Assembly (NCBI GenBank): GCA_963665295.1
Contig: OY762209.1
Location: 2,912,001 to 2,976,000 of the forward strand
Direction of reading: 5' to 3'
DNA from: Syntrophorhabdaceae bacterium
Lineage (GTDB): Bacteria > Desulfobacterota > Syntrophorhabdia > Syntrophorhabdales > Syntrophorhabdaceae
Length of the DNA: 64,000 nt
Shown here: positions 9,135 to 19,046 of the stretch, one piece after another
How positions within the stretch are numbered: position 1 is the first letter of the stretch
Layout of the letters: every line of letters begins with the position of its first letter
Made by a program: the position numbers and the translations under genes
The notes under the pieces: model-generated
Told to the model about the DNA's origin: nothing
The model's input: only the letters and a program-made list of their open reading frames with translations
Database searches by the model: none

Positions 9135-9455
9135 ACGGCCTCTCGCCCAAACCCCCGGTCCCTCGTTAAACTATTCCGTTTGAATTGTTCTTGATTGTAT
9201 ACGATTAGCTGGCCTTTTAAGGAGCTTAGTGATACAATTACTCATCATGAATACAAGGATATACCTACCATGATGGGTCATCATGAGCCTCCCAGGGAAC
9301 ATCTGTTTATGTACGTAATAAGTCTTGAGAACCGGGTCCGCAAGGACCATCCGTTGAGAAAAGTCAGGGGACTCATCGACTTCGACTGCATGTATAAGGA
9401 AGTGGAAGATACCTATGGAGACAATGGCAATGTTTCCATGCCTCCCCCGGTTCCC
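9135..9455 (+). mobile_element. IS1182/IS5-like element remnant (left end plus transposase N-terminus from ATG 9270)
   Basis: MMG...LFMYVISLENRVRKDHPLRKVRGLIDF...YGDNGNVSMPP is a DUF772-type transposase N-terminus, truncated; boundaries approximate. Confidence 0.7.
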
Positions 9456-9617
9456 GATCACCGCGATTTTTTGCCTTGTGGAGGATTCGGTGATGGACTG
9501 CGCGTTTTTTGGTGTAAAATGGGATAGGAGTTATTTGCTCCCGGGTGACGGAGACGGCTTTGCCCGACGGTGCTTTTGAGCGATCCGGGGCGGACAGGGT
9601 AACATTGGAGGGGCGGG

Positions 9618-10124
9618 ATGAAGAGACGGGAAGTCGTGGTGCGCGATCTTATGCAAGGGTATTACGTGTATTATCTTACCGAGGCCGTGGGCGAGAATTT
9701 TCATCCGGACTTCAGACCGGAGCTTACGCCCAAGGAGATGCTGTCCATGGGGGTGTTCGGGGGGAAATATATGACGGATTGCAGGGAGGAGTTTCCTGAC
9801 GACTGGTTTGTTAATGCGAGGCTTTGTCATGAGTTCCATGACCCTTCGCTCAATTTCTTCAGGGTGAACGCTTCCCAGCCCTTATCGGTGTGGCGGGAAA
9901 AGTGGTGGATCTACCATGAGGACCCGAGGGGATGGTTTCAGTGGTATTGCCGGTACTATATGGGGAGAAGGTGCGTGGACGATGCGCGGCAGATCAGGAG
10001 ATGGAAAGCGATGACCAGGCATGTGGCGCAGGTCAGGAAGCATTGTCGCGAAGGGGACCTTGCGTGCAGGCCGCGGCAGAGACAAGCCCTGCTGAACTGG
10101 GCCTACGACAGTCGAAACATATAG
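9618..10124 (+). CDS. Conserved hypothetical protein
   Basis: FRPELTPKEMLSMGVFGGKY, DPRGWFQWYCRYYMGRR, RQRQALLNWAYD recalled as a conserved uncharacterised family; RBS GGAGGG. Confidence 0.75.
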   Translation: MKRREVVVRDLMQGYYVYYLTEAVGENFHPDFRPELTPKEMLSMGVFGGKYMTDCREEFPDDWFVNARLCHEFHDPSLNFFRVNASQPLSVWREKWWIYHEDPRGWFQWYCRYYMGRRCVDDARQIRRWKAMTRHVAQVRKHCREGDLACRPRQRQALLNWAYDSRNI

Positions 10125-10168
10125 GGAAGACGTAAGGGTTGCCGGAATTACGTCAGCCTCAAACTTCT

Positions 10169-11830
10169 TCATCGCCCGGCAGCCTTTTCAAAGAGTGTGG
10201 CAGCTTGTTTGGGGAGATAGACCTTGTCTGTTTTCGGCGCGAGCACCGCGATACCTTCCATGGTGTATTCCGTGCCCGAAGATTTTATACGCATGATGTT
10301 CTTGCCGAGGGGGAGTTCCGCCCGGGTGCCTCCTCTCTCCACGATCAGGGAAGGGTTCGCGGGGTTTGTTTTGTCGATGGAGACGTGGGTCCCCGTATTT
10401 GCGAAGACTTTGTCGGCGGGGGCGAACAACCGGCCGTCAACGGTGGCGAGATCAAAACCGAGGGCACGGGCGACCATGTGGGCAATGCCCGTGTTCTCCA
10501 TCATGGGCAAGGATTTGTTATATCCGTAATGATAGAGGAAAACATCCTCCCCCGTGTGGCCGGACGTTGTCCACCCGATACCTACCCGCTTGCTCATCAT
10601 TCTTCCGAGGATAGGGCCCACCTTTTTTGATCCCCCCAGGGCCTTGATTTCGTCGGAACTGAGGTCTTTGATGGCATAATACTCCGCCACCACAGTTTTG
10701 ATCTTTTCCTCGGAAGGGTCCGGGCCCAGCATTCCTTCCACTCCCTCGCCGGTGAGAATGGCCTTTTTCAAAGGTCCAAACATGGCTTCGTAGGAAAGTT
10801 TCGAGTATGTCCTGTCCGTCTCCTGGCTGCCCACAGACATGCCGCCGTTGCCATGGTCGGTAAAGGCAAGCACGAGGGTCCGGTCGTCCTTTTTCGCAAA
10901 ATCAAGGGCAACGCCCACCGCGTCGTCGAAGGCGAGAACTTCACTGACGACGCCCACGGGGTCATGGGCGTGGGAGGCCCAATCCACCTTGCTCCCTTCC
11001 ACGAGGAGAAGAAAGCCTTTGGGGTTCTTCGAGAGGATTTCTATGGCCTTTTGGGTCATTTCAGCCAGCGAGGGCTCTTGGGGCCTTGCCTTCGCCCGGT
11101 CGAAATCAAAGGCCATATAGTCATCGGCGAATATGCCCCATACCTTCGTTCCCTTGACCTTCGCCATGGCCCCCTTCGTTTCCGCAAAGGCATAGCCCTT
11201 TGATCTCAGGACCTCGATGAGGTCTTCGCCGTCCGTGCGCGTTCCCCCCTTCTCTTTGGGGAGGAGGTATTTTTTTCCACCTCCGAAGACGACATCAACT
11301 CCGAGAAAGACCTGCTGCTTCGCTATTTCGTTGTAATCGGAGCGATCAGGCCAGTGGGCCGAAAAGGCGGCCGGCGTGGCGTGCTGCATGTTGACGGTGA
11401 CCACCATGCCCACCGATTTTCCCGTGAGTTTCGCGCCTTCGAGCACAGTGGCAACAGGTTTGTATTTGAGGTCTTCCGTGATGGCGGGCGCGCCCGGAAT
11501 TGTGGACGGGCCGGGCAGGACGCCGATGAATTTGTCGGATGATTTGTGGCCCGTGGCAAAAGCAGTCGCTGCGGGGGCCGAATCGGTGATGAGCGAATTG
11601 GCGCAATATGTCCTCACGCCGCCCAGGGCCATACGGTCGAGGGCGAGGGGCGAACCCTTGTACCAGCGGGAGATGGTGGTATGGGCGGAACTGCAACCGT
11701 CGGGCACCATGACGATCACATTCCTGAATTTCTTTTCCGCCGCGTATCCGGGCTCGATGAGCGAGACGGATATGAAGAGCAGTAGTATATACCATCCCGT
11801 AATGTATGCAATTCTTCCGGCTCTTGTCAT
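10169..11830 (-). CDS. Alkaline phosphatase (PhoA family), exported
   Basis: NVIVMVPDG, TDSAPAATA (catalytic Ser), HATPA, VEGSKVDWASHAHD, TDHGNGG, HTGEDV. Confidence 0.93.
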   Translation of the reverse strand: MTRAGRIAYITGWYILLLFISVSLIEPGYAAEKKFRNVIVMVPDGCSSAHTTISRWYKGSPLALDRMALGGVRTYCANSLITDSAPAATAFATGHKSSDKFIGVLPGPSTIPGAPAITEDLKYKPVATVLEGAKLTGKSVGMVVTVNMQHATPAAFSAHWPDRSDYNEIAKQQVFLGVDVVFGGGKKYLLPKEKGGTRTDGEDLIEVLRSKGYAFAETKGAMAKVKGTKVWGIFADDYMAFDFDRAKARPQEPSLAEMTQKAIEILSKNPKGFLLLVEGSKVDWASHAHDPVGVVSEVLAFDDAVGVALDFAKKDDRTLVLAFTDHGNGGMSVGSQETDRTYSKLSYEAMFGPLKKAILTGEGVEGMLGPDPSEEKIKTVVAEYYAIKDLSSDEIKALGGSKKVGPILGRMMSKRVGIGWTTSGHTGEDVFLYHYGYNKSLPMMENTGIAHMVARALGFDLATVDGRLFAPADKVFANTGTHVSIDKTNPANPSLIVERGGTRAELPLGKNIMRIKSSGTEYTMEGIAVLAPKTDKVYLPKQAATLFEKAAGR

Positions 11831-12234
11831 AACGATTTCTCCTCCCGGCCTTTTGCCGTGCAACGCAGCGCGACTAATTCTAAATCAAACAAAGCAGAAT
11901 GTGTCAAAAAAAACGACTGCCGCCTTGATTTCTCCATAACTCCCGCAGCCTCCGCCTGACCATATTTTTTTCGGGAAATGTGATCTACATCACAGACTTA
12001 TCCGGGATGAAAACGTATACGTGTAAAATACTTCCGCAAATATCATCCGTCTCGCGGAGGCCGCCTCGTACCCGAATATACGGACGGGGACGCGGCTGCG
12101 CGTGTCGTCGTGCCGTGCGGCGATTGTCGATCGGGAGGCGGCCCACGGAGTGGATGCTCATAGGGGATGACTGTTCAGGAGGCGCGGCGTCGAGCGCCTG
12201 AAATGTCTGTCCGGAATCCGAAAGGAGAGGAAGC

Positions 12235-12753
12235 ATGAAGAATTTCAAAAAGCCGCTGATCATGTCAGGGGTATTTGTCGTTGGTTTCCTGTTGGGTTGC
12301 ATGCTGATGGGGGTTATGGCGATGAATGCCGGCAGGACGTTCCTGAGGATGGAGAGCGCCAATTACAGGCAGGAGCAGGAACTGCTCGGCGATCAATGCC
12401 TGAGACACGGCAATTTGACCAGGGCCTGGCTCCATTATGACAACGTTGTGCAGATCCTGTCCGCCGGGGACGCAAGAGCATTCAATCTCCGCCCGACGGT
12501 GTGGCCCCTGAGTTTCCCCGTCACCGCACTTATTTTGAATAAGATGGAATGCAGGACGGATTCAAGCGGGCGCGGCCGGGCGTTGGAGGAAGGGATAAGC
12601 AGGGGCAAACTGGCCCTGGCCCTGGAAAAGCAGGGCAGGAGCGGAGAAGCGCGCCTGGAATATCTGAGGGCCGCAAGGGCTATGGGGATGGGCGACAACG
12701 AGATCGGAAGAGTCAAGCAACTGGTGGAAGAGGTCTTGAGCGCCCGGGGGTAA
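12235..12753 (+). CDS. Hypothetical membrane-anchored helical protein
   Basis: RBS GAGG, N-terminal TM segment, TPR-like C-terminus. Confidence 0.6.
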   Translation: MKNFKKPLIMSGVFVVGFLLGCMLMGVMAMNAGRTFLRMESANYRQEQELLGDQCLRHGNLTRAWLHYDNVVQILSAGDARAFNLRPTVWPLSFPVTALILNKMECRTDSSGRGRALEEGISRGKLALALEKQGRSGEARLEYLRAARAMGMGDNEIGRVKQLVEEVLSARG

Positions 12754-12782
12754 AAGAAGCGGGGTTCCCGTCCGAGGGGAAT

Positions 12783-14645
12783 CTATGTGTGCCCCGTATC
12801 GAGCACGGCGCGGATAGCCCGGGCTGCCTCGTTCCTTACCAGGGGCTTCATGAGAAAGCCCTTGATACCTGTGAGCTTTGCGGTCTGGGCGGAGACGGAA
12901 TCGCTGTGACCCGTGCAGAGGATGATCGGGATGTCGGGTCGTATTTTAAGGAGTTCCTCGGCAAGTTCAAGACCTGTAATCTCGGGCATGGTATGGTCGG
13001 TGAATACCAGGTCGAACCGCGACGGGTTTTTGGAGAAAGATTTCAGTGCCTCCACGCTGTCGGTCACCGCAGTTACCTTGTAGCCGAGTTTTCCGAGCAT
13101 GGTCCTGCCTAATTCCGCCAGGGTTTCTTCGTCATCCACAAAGAGAATGCGTTCTGTGCCCCGAGGGGGTTCTGCGACATCCGGGCCCGTGGAAAGGGTG
13201 TTCGCCCCGACCCTGGGGAGGAACACGCGGAACGTGGAGCCTATTCCAGGCGTGCTTTCAACGGTGATGTCCCCGTTGAGGCTCTTCACGATCCCGTACA
13301 CTACCGCAAGCCCCATGCCCGTGCCCTGGCCGAACCCCTTCGTGGTGAAGAAGGGCTCGAATATTCTTTTCATTACTTCGCCGTCTATGCCGGTGCCCGT
13401 GTCTTTTACGGTGAGCTGCACATAGGCGTCGGGGGCGAGTTGCTGGGTGAGGCTCAATGCGGGAACGGAATCCACATAAGCGAGGGCGACGCTCAAGGTC
13501 CCGCCTCCCTCATGCATGGCGTGAGCCGCGTTGGTGCAGAGGTTCATCAATATCTGTTGGACTTCGGCGGAATTTGCGAGGATCACGGCATCCTTTGCCT
13601 TAATGTCCGCGGATATCTCAATGGTGACCGGCAGAGAGGCCCTGAGCAGTTTTAACGTCTCCGTAATAAGGGTGGACAGGATGGTAGGTTTCCGCTCCCG
13701 TCCGGTCTTTCGGCTGAACGTGAGGATCTGCTGCACCAGTTCCCGCCCTCTTACCGCACTTTTGAGCACAAGCTTCAACCTGCGGTGGGCCGGACTGTCG
13801 GGCGGAGTGTCATCGAGAACAATTTCCGTAAAGCCTATTATGCCCGCGAGAATGTTGTTGAAGTCATGGGCTATCCCTCCGGCCAGGGTGCCTATGGCCT
13901 CCATCTTCTGGGATTGGCGGAGATGGGCCTCTGCCCGTTCGTGAGCGGTCAGGTCGAGACCATCTTCCATGATGCGAAATGGCGCGCCGTCTTCTCTCTG
14001 TGCGGAGTCGCCTGTAAAGTCAGGAAGACCGGCGTGCCCTGTGATTCTCGCGGTCTGCCCGTGCATCCGCTGTTCCAGTTCATCCCGCGCCTTTTGCATC
14101 TCCTCTTTTAGCCGTTCGTGCTCCGATATGTCTGTAAGAACCGCATGGATTACAGGATATCCTCCTTCCCGAGCGGCGATGCTGTCAAGTCTTACCCTTG
14201 CCGCGGCCCCTACCCGGTCTTCCAGGACGAGTTCGCAGGTCTGTTTCAGGGCACACCCCATGGTTTCCTGAACATGGCGATGGAAAATGTTCCGGAACTC
14301 CGGGAGGACGAAAGCCGAAAAGGGTTTGTCCAGGAGGGAACCTTTTTCAAAACCCATTAAGCCCGCGGCAGTGAGGTTGAGATCGTTGATGAACCCTTCA
14401 TTGTCGAAGGTGAGGAATCCTACGGGAGCAAGATCATAAAAAGCGGCATATTTCTGCGGGGCATCTTCGGCCTCGCGCTTCCGGCCCGGACTTTCGGAGC
14501 GTCCCGGTCCCGGGTCCCCGGGTCTCTCCGGGAGAGACTGTTCCGCCTCTTTTGGAGGCGTAAGATCATGCTTTGAACCTGGTCCGCTTTCGGGTATGAC
14601 CACGCCTCCGACCTCCAGCGCAAGTTTGTTGGAGCACACAACCAC
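12783..14645 (-). CDS. PAS-domain hybrid histidine kinase/response regulator
   Basis: AHDFNN H-box, NLCTNA, DTGTG, PFFTTK, GTGMGL, C-terminal receiver (FVDDE, DHTMP, KP); start uncertain. Confidence 0.92.
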   Translation of the reverse strand: MVVCSNKLALEVGGVVIPESGPGSKHDLTPPKEAEQSLPERPGDPGPGRSESPGRKREAEDAPQKYAAFYDLAPVGFLTFDNEGFINDLNLTAAGLMGFEKGSLLDKPFSAFVLPEFRNIFHRHVQETMGCALKQTCELVLEDRVGAAARVRLDSIAAREGGYPVIHAVLTDISEHERLKEEMQKARDELEQRMHGQTARITGHAGLPDFTGDSAQREDGAPFRIMEDGLDLTAHERAEAHLRQSQKMEAIGTLAGGIAHDFNNILAGIIGFTEIVLDDTPPDSPAHRRLKLVLKSAVRGRELVQQILTFSRKTGRERKPTILSTLITETLKLLRASLPVTIEISADIKAKDAVILANSAEVQQILMNLCTNAAHAMHEGGGTLSVALAYVDSVPALSLTQQLAPDAYVQLTVKDTGTGIDGEVMKRIFEPFFTTKGFGQGTGMGLAVVYGIVKSLNGDITVESTPGIGSTFRVFLPRVGANTLSTGPDVAEPPRGTERILFVDDEETLAELGRTMLGKLGYKVTAVTDSVEALKSFSKNPSRFDLVFTDHTMPEITGLELAEELLKIRPDIPIILCTGHSDSVSAQTAKLTGIKGFLMKPLVRNEAARAIRAVLDTGHT

Positions 14646-14817
14646 TACAATCTAGGCCGGGTAGACCCGTTTGTCAAGAACCATGTGAAGTTAGTGAAAT
14701 GACCCTTGACATCCTGTAAATCGGTTTTAACATTCGTAATATGGTCTTGCGGTTCAGGGGCGCCAGGGGAGGGTATTATGTTCTTAACGCACCACAATCC
14801 TAATCAGGAGGTGTAGT

Positions 14818-15033
14818 ATGCCCGGAAGTATTTACAAGATAGTAGAGTTGGTGGGTACGAGCACTACTTCATGGGAGGATGCTGCCCGCAACGCGGTTGA
14901 AACTGCATCGAAGACCCTGAAGGATCTGAGGGTTGCTGAGATTTCAAAACTGGACATGACCACGGAAGACGGCAAGGTTACAAGTTTTCGCGCCCGGGTG
15001 AACATTTCTTTCAAATACCACGGGGAAGAATAG
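14818..15033 (+). CDS. Dodecin-family flavin-binding protein
   Basis: YKIVELVGTSTTSWEDAARNAV...FRARVNISFK; RBS AGGAGG. Confidence 0.9.
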   Translation: MPGSIYKIVELVGTSTTSWEDAARNAVETASKTLKDLRVAEISKLDMTTEDGKVTSFRARVNISFKYHGEE

Positions 15034-15218
15034 CACCTAGACAGGAGGTTGCAGGGAGCGGGTTTTTTCGCCCCTACGCCTTCCGCACACTCGATTATCC
15101 GTCCCGGACTGTGGCGCCCCTTGCCACCCAACTGAATAGTCCCCGCGCTTAAGGTCAGGCGCGGGGACGGATATCTTGACAATTTGCCTTAAACAGGCGT
15201 AACTCTTAATACAATCCC

Positions 15219-15965
15219 ATGGCGGCATCATTCATCAAAAAAGGGTGCTCAGGCGAAGAAACAGTCGCGACCCGCAAGGTTAAGACGGCAAGGGCCATGA
15301 ACGGCCCTAGGGGCGCCTTTATCATGCTGGGCGTGATTCACAGGGACGAATCAGGTCCCGGGCTTCTCGACCGGTGGCTCGGGGCTGTCAAACCGGACGT
15401 CGTTACCGTCGAGTTCTCGAATTACGGCATGACATTCAGAAAGAAATGGGGACCCCTGTACAGGCAGCGCATAGAGGAAGTCTGTAATAGGTTGAAAAGA
15501 GACAACGCCCCGTGTTATGACAATGCGATATCCATGGCGTTCTCCTACGTGGAGATGCCCTATGAGTTCGAAAGCGCTTCGCGGTATGGGCAGGAGTACG
15601 ATGTCCCGGTCATCCTGGTGGACATGGATTTTTTTTCTTACCTCAGACTGAGGGAGATAGAGGGACTTCTTTCCTCGGAAAACCTGGAGAAGCTCCTGTC
15701 TGAAGGCGGAGGCAGGGAGGCCGGGTATGAGCGCGTTCTCGCCCGCCTCTTTTTCGAGAACGGGGTGAGAACCGTGGCCTACACGGAAGAGATGAGAATA
15801 AGGGACCGGTATATGAGCAGCAAGATAGAGGCCGTTTCGGCGCGTTATAGAGGGAAAAGGCTCCTTCATATCTGCGGGTGGCAGCACCTCCAGGACCCCC
15901 ATGACCTTTACGGACCCCTGAATCCTATAAAGGTGTTTATTTATGATAAAACTTTTCGTGTTTGA
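15219..15965 (+). CDS. Hypothetical protein (possible TraB/GumN-like fold)
   Basis: LGVIH, KPDVVTVE, RDRYM, HICGWQH; true start may be near 15298. Confidence 0.55.
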   Translation: MAASFIKKGCSGEETVATRKVKTARAMNGPRGAFIMLGVIHRDESGPGLLDRWLGAVKPDVVTVEFSNYGMTFRKKWGPLYRQRIEEVCNRLKRDNAPCYDNAISMAFSYVEMPYEFESASRYGQEYDVPVILVDMDFFSYLRLREIEGLLSSENLEKLLSEGGGREAGYERVLARLFFENGVRTVAYTEEMRIRDRYMSSKIEAVSARYRGKRLLHICGWQHLQDPHDLYGPLNPIKVFIYDKTFRV

Positions 15966-16560
15966 CCTCGGCAACGTGATTGTGCCTTACGAGCAAAGGC
16001 AGATCGTGGTGAAACTGCTCAGAAAGGCCAGGGGAAAGATAGTCCCCTCCCCTCACGAGTTTTCTTCCTTCCTTTTTGATATGAAGAAGGGGTTCATAAA
16101 CCCCTATGAGGAAGGGCTCATGACTTCCGAGGAGTTCTTTACCACCATACGGGACCGTTACGGGCTGGACCTCGACTTCGAGGAATTCAAGTCCATCTGG
16201 AACCTCATCTTCCGGAGCAATCCTGATGTGGACGAGATCATACACTACCTGAAGCGAAAGGGGTTCCCCATATTTCTTCTCAGCAACACCAACGAGCTTC
16301 ATTTCTCTCACATCTTGGAGCATCACCCCATCGTCCACTCCCTCGATGAATGGATACTCTCCTTCGAGGTGGGCGCCAAGAAACCCAAGAAGAGGATTTT
16401 CGACGTGGTTTTCGAGAAGATGGACATCGAATCCCAGGAGGTATTCTATATAGACGACATCCGCGAATACGTGGATGCCGCGAGGGGTTACGGGTTCCAG
16501 GGGATGGTCTTCCGTGACGCCGCCGGATTATGGGACACCTTCAAGAGAAACGGGATATGA
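15943..16560 (+). CDS. HAD-family phosphatase (YihX-like)
   Basis: FDLGNV, LSNTN, KKP, YIDD motifs. Confidence 0.9.
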   Translation: MIKLFVFDLGNVIVPYEQRQIVVKLLRKARGKIVPSPHEFSSFLFDMKKGFINPYEEGLMTSEEFFTTIRDRYGLDLDFEEFKSIWNLIFRSNPDVDEIIHYLKRKGFPIFLLSNTNELHFSHILEHHPIVHSLDEWILSFEVGAKKPKKRIFDVVFEKMDIESQEVFYIDDIREYVDAARGYGFQGMVFRDAAGLWDTFKRNGI

Positions 16561-16634
16561 ACACGGCCCGAGGGCGCCGGACATGGACCGGCGCAGGAAA
16601 GTGACAACATGACGCAAGAAAAGGATTGACCCAC

Positions 16635-17423
16635 ATGATCGCATACCCCAGGATAGACCCGGTAATTCTCAAAATAGGGCCCTTGTCGCTCAGATGGTAC
16701 GGCCTTATGTATGTTGTCGGTTTTGTTTCTTCCTACCTCCTTGTGATCTATCAGATAAAGAAGGGGAAGACAAAGATAAGCCGGGCCGAGATCGATGACC
16801 TGTTCTTCTACCTGATCCTGGGCCTTATCGTGGGAGCGAGGCTCGGATACGTACTTTTTTACAACCTGAGTTTCTACCTCGAGAACCCGTCCGAGGCGCT
16901 CGTCCTGTGGCATGGCGGCATGTCGTTTCATGGCGGATTCCTGGGCGCGTTTATCGCAGGCTACATCGTGATAAAGAGAAAGCACCTCAATTTCTTCGGG
17001 ACCGCCGACCTTTTTATACCCACGTGTCCTATCGGGCTCGGATTCGGAAGGCTGGGCAACTTCATTAACGGCGAGCTTTTCGGGAAGCCGTCGGACGTGC
17101 CATGGGCAATGATATTCCCCCAGGGAGGGGCGATGCCGAGGCACCCGTCGCAACTCTACGAAGCGTTCCTGGAGGGTCTGGTAATGTTTGTCGTCCTCTG
17201 GATATACAAGGATAAAAAGAAGAGGGAGGGCGATGTCCTTGCCCTCTTCCTCGTTCTCTATGGCTGTTTCAGGGTATTCTGCGAGATGTTCAGGGAGCCC
17301 GACGTTCAGTTAGGCTATATCTTCGGCATCCTGTCAATGGGCCAGATATTGAGCATAATCATGATCCTTATCGGTCTCGGCCTGAAGTTCATATACCTTC
17401 CGCGAAGGGCGAAAGTCTCGTAA
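16635..17423 (+). CDS. lgt: Prolipoprotein diacylglyceryl transferase
   Basis: RWYGLMY, GARLGYVLFY, GGMSFHGG, GRLGNFINGELFG, RHPSQLYEA. Confidence 0.97.
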   Translation: MIAYPRIDPVILKIGPLSLRWYGLMYVVGFVSSYLLVIYQIKKGKTKISRAEIDDLFFYLILGLIVGARLGYVLFYNLSFYLENPSEALVLWHGGMSFHGGFLGAFIAGYIVIKRKHLNFFGTADLFIPTCPIGLGFGRLGNFINGELFGKPSDVPWAMIFPQGGAMPRHPSQLYEAFLEGLVMFVVLWIYKDKKKREGDVLALFLVLYGCFRVFCEMFREPDVQLGYIFGILSMGQILSIIMILIGLGLKFIYLPRRAKVS

Positions 17424-17447
17424 TGAGCGCCCGTGCATACGAAGAGG

Positions 17448-18032
17448 TCAGATGAAATCGACTCTACCGCTTTCTATATCGTAGTATGCGCCCAGGATCT
17501 TCACTTTCCCCCCGTCCACCATGGGCAGGAGAATCGGTTTCGATGACGCGATCTGTTCCACCACGAGCTTGACGTTAGCTCTGATTGTATTGTCCGTGAG
17601 GTCGCCTTCGAGATTTTTCGCCTTTTCCAGGGCGGGCGTGATGGCGCGCACGATGCTGCCGATATGGCCGTGAGCCTCGCCTCCCTGTACGGTGGCCCCC
17701 ACGGCGCCGCATTTTCCGTGCCCGAGTACGACCACTACCGTGACCCCGAGGTGGTCAACCGCATATTCGATGCTCCCCATACCTATGTCGTCCAGTATAT
17801 TCCCTGCCACCCGGATTACGAACAGATCACCGAGTCCCTGATCAAATATGATTTCAGGGGGGATGCGCGAATCGGAGCAGCCGACTATTACGGCGATGGG
17901 GTGCTGCCCTTTCGAGACTTCTTTTATGCGGTTTGCGTCCTGGTTCGGATGGGTCGGTTTAGACGAAACGTACCGCGAGTTTCCCTCCGACAATACCTGT
18001 AATATCCTGTCACTATTCGAGTTATCGGACAT
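17448..18032 (-). CDS. Beta-class carbonic anhydrase
   Basis: CSDSR, GDLFVIRVAGN, HGKCGA zinc ligands; start set at ATG 18032 because the longer ORF overlaps the tRNA. Confidence 0.95.
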   Translation of the reverse strand: MSDNSNSDRILQVLSEGNSRYVSSKPTHPNQDANRIKEVSKGQHPIAVIVGCSDSRIPPEIIFDQGLGDLFVIRVAGNILDDIGMGSIEYAVDHLGVTVVVVLGHGKCGAVGATVQGGEAHGHIGSIVRAITPALEKAKNLEGDLTDNTIRANVKLVVEQIASSKPILLPMVDGGKVKILGAYYDIESGRVDFI

Positions 18033-18151
18033 GTGGCCCCCAATGAGTTGTTTTTTGACTATATTAAAGAATTGCGCATAAATCATCAAGGTTTTTCTCA
18101 TTGCCAAATCTTCTGGACTTTTCGGTAAATATTCTATAGAATGTTTGTCAT

Positions 18152-18225
18152 CGGGGCGTAGCGCAGTTTGGTAGCGCACTTGTATGGGGTGCAAGTGGCC
18201 GCTGGTTCAAATCCAGTCGCCCCGA
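18152..18225 (+). tRNA. tRNA-Pro(GGG), CCA not encoded
   Basis: Acceptor CGGGGCG/CGCCCCG, D-arm TAGCGCAGTTTGGTAGCGC, anticodon arm CTTGT-ATGGGGT-GCAAG, T-loop GGTTCAAATCC. Confidence 0.95.
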
Positions 18226-18296
18226 TTTATGATGCCTTGCATTGACTATTACATATCCTTTTCTCCTTCAACCATCGAATTTTCAACAGGTGATTC

Positions 18297-19046
18297 ATGC
18301 TGATCCTCCTATCGAATGACGACGGCGTCCTTTCCGGGGGGCTTGCGGCGCTCCGGGAAACCCTCAGCAGAAACCATACGGTCTATGTGATTGCTCCGGA
18401 AAGGGAGCGGACCTGTGTTGCCCATGCGATTACCCTTCATAAGCCGCTCAGGGTGAGACAAATGGGGGAAAATATATTCTCCACCAGCGGGACCCCGGCG
18501 GACTGTGTATATCTCGGCGTCAAGGCGCTTCTCCCGAGGGAGCCCGATTTTATTGTTTCGGGGATAAACACGGGACCCAATATGGGCCAGGATGTGAACT
18601 ACTCGGGGACGGTGGCGGCGGCGAAAGAGGGCGCCTTTCTGGGAATTCCTTCCCTGTCGGTCTCCATAAGCGCGAGAAGCGACTTCTTCTTCAAAGATGC
18701 GGCGGGAATTACGGAAGAAATCATCGATATCGTCTCAGGTGAGACCCTCTCCCGGGCCACGTTTTTGAACGTCAACATACCTAATCTGCCCCGGGACCAA
18801 ATAAAGGGTTTTATGGTGACAAGGCTCGGAAAAAGGATATATAATGATATGGTAACGGAGAGAATTGATCCGAGGGGAGCGAAGTATTACTGGATAGGGG
18901 GAAACGGAGAACGATACGAACCGATCGACGGGACTGATTTTCGCGCCATAGAACAGGGTTGTGTTTCCATTACGCCTCTGAGCCTGGACAATACGAGCGA
19001 AAGCTCTATTGGGATATACGAAAAATACTTCAGGAGGGGCTCATGA
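18297..19046 (+). CDS. surE: 5'/3'-nucleotidase SurE
   Basis: LLSNDDG, GTPADCV, SGINTGPNMG, YSGTVAAA, DPRG.YYWI. Confidence 0.96.
   Translation: MLILLSNDDGVLSGGLAALRETLSRNHTVYVIAPERERTCVAHAITLHKPLRVRQMGENIFSTSGTPADCVYLGVKALLPREPDFIVSGINTGPNMGQDVNYSGTVAAAKEGAFLGIPSLSVSISARSDFFFKDAAGITEEIIDIVSGETLSRATFLNVNIPNLPRDQIKGFMVTRLGKRIYNDMVTERIDPRGAKYYWIGGNGERYEPIDGTDFRAIEQGCVSITPLSLDNTSESSIGIYEKYFRRGS

Noticed and set aside
18033..18194. N-terminal extension of the carbonic anhydrase ORF
   Set aside because: It overlaps the antisense of tRNA-Pro and its promoter; family similarity begins at ATG 18032
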